Virus record (IMG/VR): IMGVR_UViG_3300044796_000261
Location: 1 to 59,962 of that record
Source of the DNA: a virus
Lineage: Duplodnaviria > Caudoviricetes
Strand: one strand, 5' to 3'
Length of the DNA: 59,962 nt
Under the pieces are notes generated by a model, which did not search any database, had not been told where the DNA came from, and worked only from the letters and a program-made list of their open reading frames with translations. The translations under genes and the position numbers were made by a program. Below are positions 54,831-59,962 of this stretch, piece by piece (within the stretch, counting starts at the first letter, position 1; each line of letters begins with the position of its first letter).

Positions 54831-55664
54831 TCAACCTTTTAGCGCCGCGGTCGCGCAATTCGCCACGCACTCGCCGCAGATTCCGGCCCCTGTCGACGCG
54901 CTCGTGAACTTCACGGGGTTCGCCTGGCACCACCAGCAACGGCGCGGCGGCACGGGGTTCTGCGAGTAGTCCCGCTCCGCTTCGAGCGTCAGAAGGTTCT
55001 GCCTGGACATCCACTGATTTTCAACGAACGGCATTGGAGCCCGCGGCGTCGCGTCTTTAGGAACCGGATACGATCGCCAGTCGGCCGTCGCAACCCGCAA
55101 CGTGTGATTGTCGTAGCCGAGGGTGGACGGAATCTCCGTGTCGTGCTGCACGAGCGCGGGCAAGCTATGCACGATCGCGCGCCTACGTCCCCAGCTCCAC
55201 ATTTGCGCGTATCCGTCCTCGTTCCACTGGTCGCGCAGTCGCTTCGGAATCGTCGGGACGAAATCCACGAGCTGCGCAGCCACCCCGCGCGGCAGCACGT
55301 ACCCAGGGCCCGAAAGCCAGAAGGTTCGCAGGTACGGCACTCCCGCCTCCGCCAGCGACTTCGCCACCGGGAGCTGGCAGTGCAGCGAGATGATCTCGTC
55401 GGGCAGCGCGTCCGTCATGCGGTCAACGGCATCTACGAGTTCGGGCGACACGCTCACGTCGTCGTTGAGCAGGATGGCCGGCGCGTCCTGCTTCGCGGCC
55501 CACTGCCATAGGCGAACAGCCCACTGCTGCGCGTGTTCCTTCTCCGTGCTGACCTGGACGTGCGGCTTGACTCCCTGCGGCTCGAGTTCGCGCAAGAGGC
55601 GCATCAGGCCGTCGGCGCGACCTTCGGCCCACGCGGCGTGAGCGATGCCGACGATGGGCCTCAT
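54831..55664 (-). CDS. Glycosyltransferase-like protein with C-terminal C4 zinc finger
   Basis: ILLNDDV, P.LVQH....STLG; CWWC...GAGICGECV. Confidence 0.65.
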   Translation of the reverse strand: MRPIVGIAHAAWAEGRADGLMRLLRELEPQGVKPHVQVSTEKEHAQQWAVRLWQWAAKQDAPAILLNDDVSVSPELVDAVDRMTDALPDEIISLHCQLPVAKSLAEAGVPYLRTFWLSGPGYVLPRGVAAQLVDFVPTIPKRLRDQWNEDGYAQMWSWGRRRAIVHSLPALVQHDTEIPSTLGYDNHTLRVATADWRSYPVPKDATPRAPMPFVENQWMSRQNLLTLEAERDYSQNPVPPRRCWWCQANPVKFTSASTGAGICGECVANCATAALKG

Positions 55665-56263
55665 TGTCCGTGCCTTGCAGGACCACCGGGCGGCGGCGGC
55701 AGCAAACTCCACTGCCTCACTATCCACACGCTCGACCAATCCCCAGGACCCATCTCCGGGTCCCCGAGCTTGGCGCGCACCGCAGCCTGCACACCAGGGT
55801 ACGCGTCCTGGTAGTCGTGGCCGCAGAGCCATCCACCTGGCTTGACCATTGTGCGCCAGTGATCGATGTCGGCGCGCACGTTCGCCTCGTCGTGTGCGGC
55901 GTCGATGAATACGACGTCAGCGCACGGAACCGTAACGTCGCAGCTAGCGGCGCGCACCACGTGCAGCCGGTCCAGCACGTCCGGCGCATGTTCGCCCATC
56001 AGGCCGAGAAACGCGCGCCACGTTGTCGGGTACTTCGCAGCCACGGCCTCGAACGGAGCGCCGGGAGAATCGAGCACCGTTTCCGCCCACGTGTCGACCG
56101 CCCAAAGTTCGAGGTCCGGACGCATCGATCCGATCGCCGCAATGCTGCCTCCGAACAGCACGCCTACCTCGACGAACCTCGCGCCCTGCGGAAGATCCTC
56201 GGCCAACTTGCGGTAGAACGGAATGATGTCGGAATTCCACCCCGGTATCGCTTCCCAGCTCAT
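55661..56263 (-). CDS. Class I SAM methyltransferase (Methyltransf_24-like)
   Basis: FVEVGV..GGS, AVDTW, VFIDAAHD, KPGG.LCGHDY. Confidence 0.9.
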   Translation of the reverse strand: MSWEAIPGWNSDIIPFYRKLAEDLPQGARFVEVGVLFGGSIAAIGSMRPDLELWAVDTWAETVLDSPGAPFEAVAAKYPTTWRAFLGLMGEHAPDVLDRLHVVRAASCDVTVPCADVVFIDAAHDEANVRADIDHWRTMVKPGGWLCGHDYQDAYPGVQAAVRAKLGDPEMGPGDWSSVWIVRQWSLLPPPPGGPARHGQ

Positions 56264-56907
56264 AGGCTCTCCAGTCTGTCGTAAGGCGCGAAGCTGCGCA
56301 CATGCTCCACGATGGTCTGCTCGTGCATCCGCTCCACCTTCGCGGCCGTACGCTCCCAGCTCACGTCGGCGGAGTAGACGTAGAGCACGTCGGGAATAAA
56401 TCGGCAGCGGTCCGGGCCAGACATTTCCAGGCAGGGCAGCATAAAGGCCGGGTCATCGCCCCTGTCGATCCACTCGCCTCGGTAGCGAAGGTGCTCGGGC
56501 TTGATTCGTTGGAAGAGCCCAGCGCGCATCGTCTTCAGGTGAGTCGCAAGCCACGGCTGCCGGCGGTACTCCGGCGTCGGGTACGGCGCGGCGAACCCTG
56601 GCGTTCCGTCGATCTGAACGAAGCTACCCCACGTCACCCACGCGCCGGCCTCGTGCTCGTCCAGCACACGACGGAGCGCGCCGCGGTGCGCGAGATGATC
56701 GTCACCATCGACGAACGCGACAACGTCGAGCGGGTCGAGCTTTGCGATGACGCGCGCGAGGTTCTCGAGCTTCGTGCACGGAGCCTCTTGCTCGCTGGCC
56801 TCCACATAATGATGTATTACCTCGACGCCTTGCTGCGACGCGACGGACGCTCGGCACACCGATGCGTGCGGGGAACGCCAGCCGGTTGAGACGACGTGGA
56901 TGCGCAT
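56260..56907 (-). CDS. GT2-like glycosyltransferase
   Basis: FVDGDD.L, THLKT.RAGLF..I, D.A..LP.LEMSG, LYVY. Confidence 0.8.
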   Translation of the reverse strand: MRIHVVSTGWRSPHASVCRASVASQQGVEVIHHYVEASEQEAPCTKLENLARVIAKLDPLDVVAFVDGDDHLAHRGALRRVLDEHEAGAWVTWGSFVQIDGTPGFAAPYPTPEYRRQPWLATHLKTMRAGLFQRIKPEHLRYRGEWIDRGDDPAFMLPCLEMSGPDRCRFIPDVLYVYSADVSWERTAAKVERMHEQTIVEHVRSFAPYDRLESL

Positions 56908-56910
56908 GGC

Positions 56911-57540
56911 CTACGCCCGAACGATCCACATGACGCTCGAGCACCCAGGCTCCCACCCCTCGCGGTCGACGGGCCACGGTGCAAACTTCGCCGCTGGCAG
57001 AAGCTCGGAGACAGCCTGGTAGACAGGCCCTCGCCATCCGCAGTCGTGGAACCCGATGATGCCGCCCGTCTTGCACACGCGAAGCGAAGCCTGAATGTCC
57101 GCGATGACGCCTTCCTTCTTGTGGTCTCCGTCGACCAAAATAAGGTCCACGGATTCGTCATCCAACTCGAGCATCCCCTCCGCGCTCGGCTTGCGGATGG
57201 CCAGCACGCGCTCGCGCACGTCTGGCGCATGCTCGTCCAGCATCCCGCACCAGGCTTCGTACATGCCGCCGAAGCGGTCCCGCAGTTCGCGGTACGGCCC
57301 GACGGGCAAGCGCTCGCCCGCGTCGTCCCACTCGTTCGTCCACGGGTCGATTGCGATGAGAGACAGGTCAGGCCTCGTGACGCCAACGAACGAAATCGAC
57401 CGGCCGAAGAACGAGCCAATCTCGAGGTACGTTCCTCCTTGCTGCGTGCGAGGCAGCGCGACGTCTGCCAGCCACGGCAGGATGTCGGTGCTCCCGCCTG
57501 GGTGGGCGGAGTGCCAGGCCACTGACTCCTCGGGGCTCAT
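56911..57540 (-). CDS. Class I SAM methyltransferase (Methyltransf_24-like)
   Basis: LEIGSFFGRS, AIDPW, LVDGDH, GG.IGFHD; paralogous to 55661-56263. Confidence 0.9.
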   Translation of the reverse strand: MSPEESVAWHSAHPGGSTDILPWLADVALPRTQQGGTYLEIGSFFGRSISFVGVTRPDLSLIAIDPWTNEWDDAGERLPVGPYRELRDRFGGMYEAWCGMLDEHAPDVRERVLAIRKPSAEGMLELDDESVDLILVDGDHKKEGVIADIQASLRVCKTGGIIGFHDCGWRGPVYQAVSELLPAAKFAPWPVDREGWEPGCSSVMWIVRA

Positions 57541-57664
57541 CAGTACCACCCCGATTCAGCAACGTTCTCGATGGCGCTGCACGTCGCGATGATCTTGTCC
57601 AGCATGGCCACAAGCTCCAGTGATACATCGTCAGCTCGTTTCGCGTTCTTCTTCTTTGCCGCCA

Positions 57665-58300
57665 TCACCCACCTCCAAACTCGTACCCCAACCTCTTCGC
57701 AGCCTCGAGAATCTTCTCCCGAGGCCTCTCGCGCACCACGCGCGCCGGCACTCCTGCCACGACGGTCCACGGCGGCACGTCGCGAGTGACAACCGCGCCC
57801 GCGCCGACGAGCGCACCCATACCAATGCGAACGCCAGGCAGCAGCGTGCACCCAGTCGTCACGATGGCCAGGGGCTCGAGCACCACCGCGGCGGCCCGCA
57901 CCGTGGCGTGCGCCTCGTCCGGGATGGTCGGGCCCGTAAGCCCGTTGTATCCGGAGTCGTCAGCGCACACGACGCGGCTCCCCGCGCCGAGCGTCGAGAA
58001 GTGGCCCATTTGCAGCGTACCTCTCGCGCCGCCGATGACCGTCACGTACGGCGCCACGTGGCAAAAGTCCCCGATGTCCGCCGCGGTCGTGATGAGCGTC
58101 CCGTGGTCGATGTTCGTGCTCTTGCCGATGCGCACGAGGTTCGGTCGACGGATGATGGCGCTTGGGGCGACGTATGAGTCCGCTCCGACGTTGAGCGGGT
58201 TCGCGCGGCCAACGTCACGCTCGGTCGGGCGCTCTTGCGGCGCCTTCTGGCACTCCCATCCGAGCCTGCACTCGGGGTCTCCGCAGTGGGGGCAGATCAT
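57665..58300 (-). CDS. Hexapeptide-repeat (left-handed beta-helix) acyltransferase
   Basis: [30 protein letters not shown]. Confidence 0.9.
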   Translation of the reverse strand: MICPHCGDPECRLGWECQKAPQERPTERDVGRANPLNVGADSYVAPSAIIRRPNLVRIGKSTNIDHGTLITTAADIGDFCHVAPYVTVIGGARGTLQMGHFSTLGAGSRVVCADDSGYNGLTGPTIPDEAHATVRAAAVVLEPLAIVTTGCTLLPGVRIGMGALVGAGAVVTRDVPPWTVVAGVPARVVRERPREKILEAAKRLGYEFGGG

Positions 58301-58311
58301 CCGAGCTCACC

Positions 58312-59412
58312 TCACGCGTAAAACGCCAGCACCTCGTCGCAAACCCTGTCCACTTCCTCATCGGTCAACTGCACCGACGAGGGCAGCCACAACCCGTCGC
58401 GTCCCACACGCTCTGCCACCGGGAAGCTGCCGCCATCGCCACCATAGCACTTTTGGTGCGCAATAGGTGGGTACATCGGCCGGGACCCGATGCCGCGCGC
58501 TTCGAGGTGCGCCCGCAGCCCGTCCCGGTTCCACGCCAGAACGTCGTAGAACCATGGCGTCGACTCCTGATGGTACATGGCCACTTGCGAGATGCCGGCG
58601 AGGCCCGCACGGTACCGCGCCCCGATGGCCTTCTTTCGGGCCACGCGCTCCGGTAGCTTCTTCATCTGCTCGAGCCCGACGACGGCTTGCAGGTCGGTGA
58701 ACTTCATGTTCACGCCGAACGTCGGATGTATGTCCACGCCTCCGCGCTCGCGGCCGAAGTCCTTGGCCCGCCGCATCAGGTGTGCAAGGTCGTCGTCGTC
58801 CGTGATGCACGCGCCACCCTGGCCCATGCTGATGACCTTCGGCGCGGAGAATGAGAACGACCCCACGGCCCCCACGCGACCGCAGTGCCGGCCGTCCGGT
58901 GCGAGCGCGCCTAGCGCCTGCGCCGCGTCCTCGATGATGGGAATTCGATGGTGCGCACACATCTCGCGTAGCATCGGCATCGTGCGCGGTGTCCTCCCGT
59001 TCGCGTCCACGAGCACCACGGCTCGCGTCCGGTGCGACAGCGCGCGCTCCACTAGCTCCGCGTCGATGCAGAGCGTATCCGGCTCCACGTCCACGAACGA
59101 GAGCTGCATACCGAGGAGCTTGAACGCGTTCGCGCTGGCGACCATCGAATAGCAAGGAACGATGACCTCGGCGTTCCGGGGAAGGCCAAGGGCAATGGCT
59201 GCCAGCGTGAGACTCAGCGTCCCGTTCGGGGCCATCACGCAGTGCCGCGCGCCGGTGTACGCCGCGATGGCGCCCTCGAGTTCGCGCGTCTTCGTGTGCT
59301 CGGTGAGGTAGCCTCCGGACACCACGTAGGAGGCGACCGCTGCGGCCTCCTCCTCGCCGAAGAGGGGGGCGTGCTGGGGGATCACTGCTCCCTCACCGAA
59401 CGGAGGTGTCAT
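58312..59412 (-). CDS. DegT/DnrJ/EryC1/StrS sugar aminotransferase (perosamine synthase-like)
   Basis: NGTLSL, IEDAAQALG, FSFSAPKVISMGQGG (PLP Lys), G.N.K.TDLQA..G..Q, LWLPS. Confidence 0.93.
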   Translation of the reverse strand: MTPPFGEGAVIPQHAPLFGEEEAAAVASYVVSGGYLTEHTKTRELEGAIAAYTGARHCVMAPNGTLSLTLAAIALGLPRNAEVIVPCYSMVASANAFKLLGMQLSFVDVEPDTLCIDAELVERALSHRTRAVVLVDANGRTPRTMPMLREMCAHHRIPIIEDAAQALGALAPDGRHCGRVGAVGSFSFSAPKVISMGQGGACITDDDDLAHLMRRAKDFGRERGGVDIHPTFGVNMKFTDLQAVVGLEQMKKLPERVARKKAIGARYRAGLAGISQVAMYHQESTPWFYDVLAWNRDGLRAHLEARGIGSRPMYPPIAHQKCYGGDGGSFPVAERVGRDGLWLPSSVQLTDEEVDRVCDEVLAFYA

Positions 59413-59618
59413 GAACCCACCGAGGCGAGCATCGCCTGTACGGCAGGCACGAGACAATCAGGCGAATGATTTTCTTCGATGGTGACGTTGTACCGAATGA
59501 CGCCATCGTTTACCAGCACTTCGTCATCTCGAAGCACGTCTATGCTGACCTTATTTTCTCCGCCGCAAACAGAGCAAACGTAGACCGTTCGCGGTCCGCT
59601 ACCGGGGCCGTTACTCAT
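59409..59618 (-). CDS. Small putative Zn-binding protein directly downstream of the array
   Basis: RBS GGAGG; 69 aa with CSVC...HSPDC; ATGA-coupled to the aminotransferase. Confidence 0.6.
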   Translation of the reverse strand: MSNGPGSGPRTVYVCSVCGGENKVSIDVLRDDEVLVNDGVIRYNVTIEENHSPDCLVPAVQAMLASVGS

Positions 59619-59690
59619 CGCCGTTCCCTTCCTCCGATTCCTCAATGTCCGCGCGCACGCGGGCGCGCCTCCCTGTGCGGGAGCCCTGTG

Positions 59691-59962
59691 GTCGAGGCAT
59701 CCAAGGCTCCTCGCAGCCATTGCGACACACGGTCGCCTTGAAAAAGCAGCCGTCCGGCGTCGTAGTCGAGGCATCCAAGGCTCCTCGCAGCCATTGCGAC
59801 GTAGCGGTGATGGCGCCGCTAGTTGCTGTCGCCGAGTCGAGGCATCCAAGGCTCCTCGCAGCCATTGCGACTCCAAGTGCGTCGATTGTCTCGCTCTGCA
59901 CATGCCGCGTCGAGGCATCCAAGGCTCCTCGCAGCCATTGCGACATGAGGCCGGCCGGTTCG
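59691..59962 (-). CRISPR. CRISPR array, distal part; full array = 6 repeats and 5 spacers once the terminal overlap is removed
   Basis: Same repeat at 59691-59726, 59765-59800, 59836-59871 and 59909-59944. New spacers at 59727-59764 (38 nt) and 59801-59835 (35 nt). The rest duplicates 1-127. Confidence 0.98.
59836..59962. repeat. 127-nt terminal direct repeat (circular assembly overlap)
   Basis: 59836-59962 is identical to 1-127 and includes unique spacer sequence, so it is not simply a match between CRISPR repeats. Confidence 0.95.

Noticed and set aside
59836-59962. Two separate arrays, or duplicated spacers
   Set aside because: The exact 127-nt overlap with 1-127 is an assembly circularisation, so there is one array.

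Overview
This window is a complete, GC-rich tailed-phage genome of about 59,835 bp. Bases 59836-59962 duplicate bases 1-127, so it is a circular assembly. It carries Mu-like head genes (DUF935-type portal, S49 protease, gpT-like capsid), a contractile tail, a lysis cassette, replication and recombination genes (primase, SF2 helicase, ERF, YqaJ, DnaQ-like) and a DNA methyltransferase. I saw no integrase. The main finding is a compact type V CRISPR module spanning the contig junction. A 567-aa Cas12m (V-U1)-like effector with a degenerate RuvC and no zinc finger or RuvC-III is followed 19 nt later by an array of 6 identical 36-nt repeats and 5 spacers. There is no cas1, cas2 or cas4 and no room for a tracrRNA, but the trailer can fold back on the last repeat. 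The module sits inside a large sugar synthesis and transfer cluster (gmd, fcl, fucosyltransferase, DegT aminotransferase, acyltransferase, methyltransferases, glycosyltransferases) in the ~18.5 kb between terminase and portal. Two mobile elements are inserted in the early region: a tnpA-less IS200/IS605 element with intact TnpB whose ends and TAM can be read directly, and a 2.4-kb IS1595 element carrying passenger genes. All protein calls come from motif recognition by eye, not from database searches.
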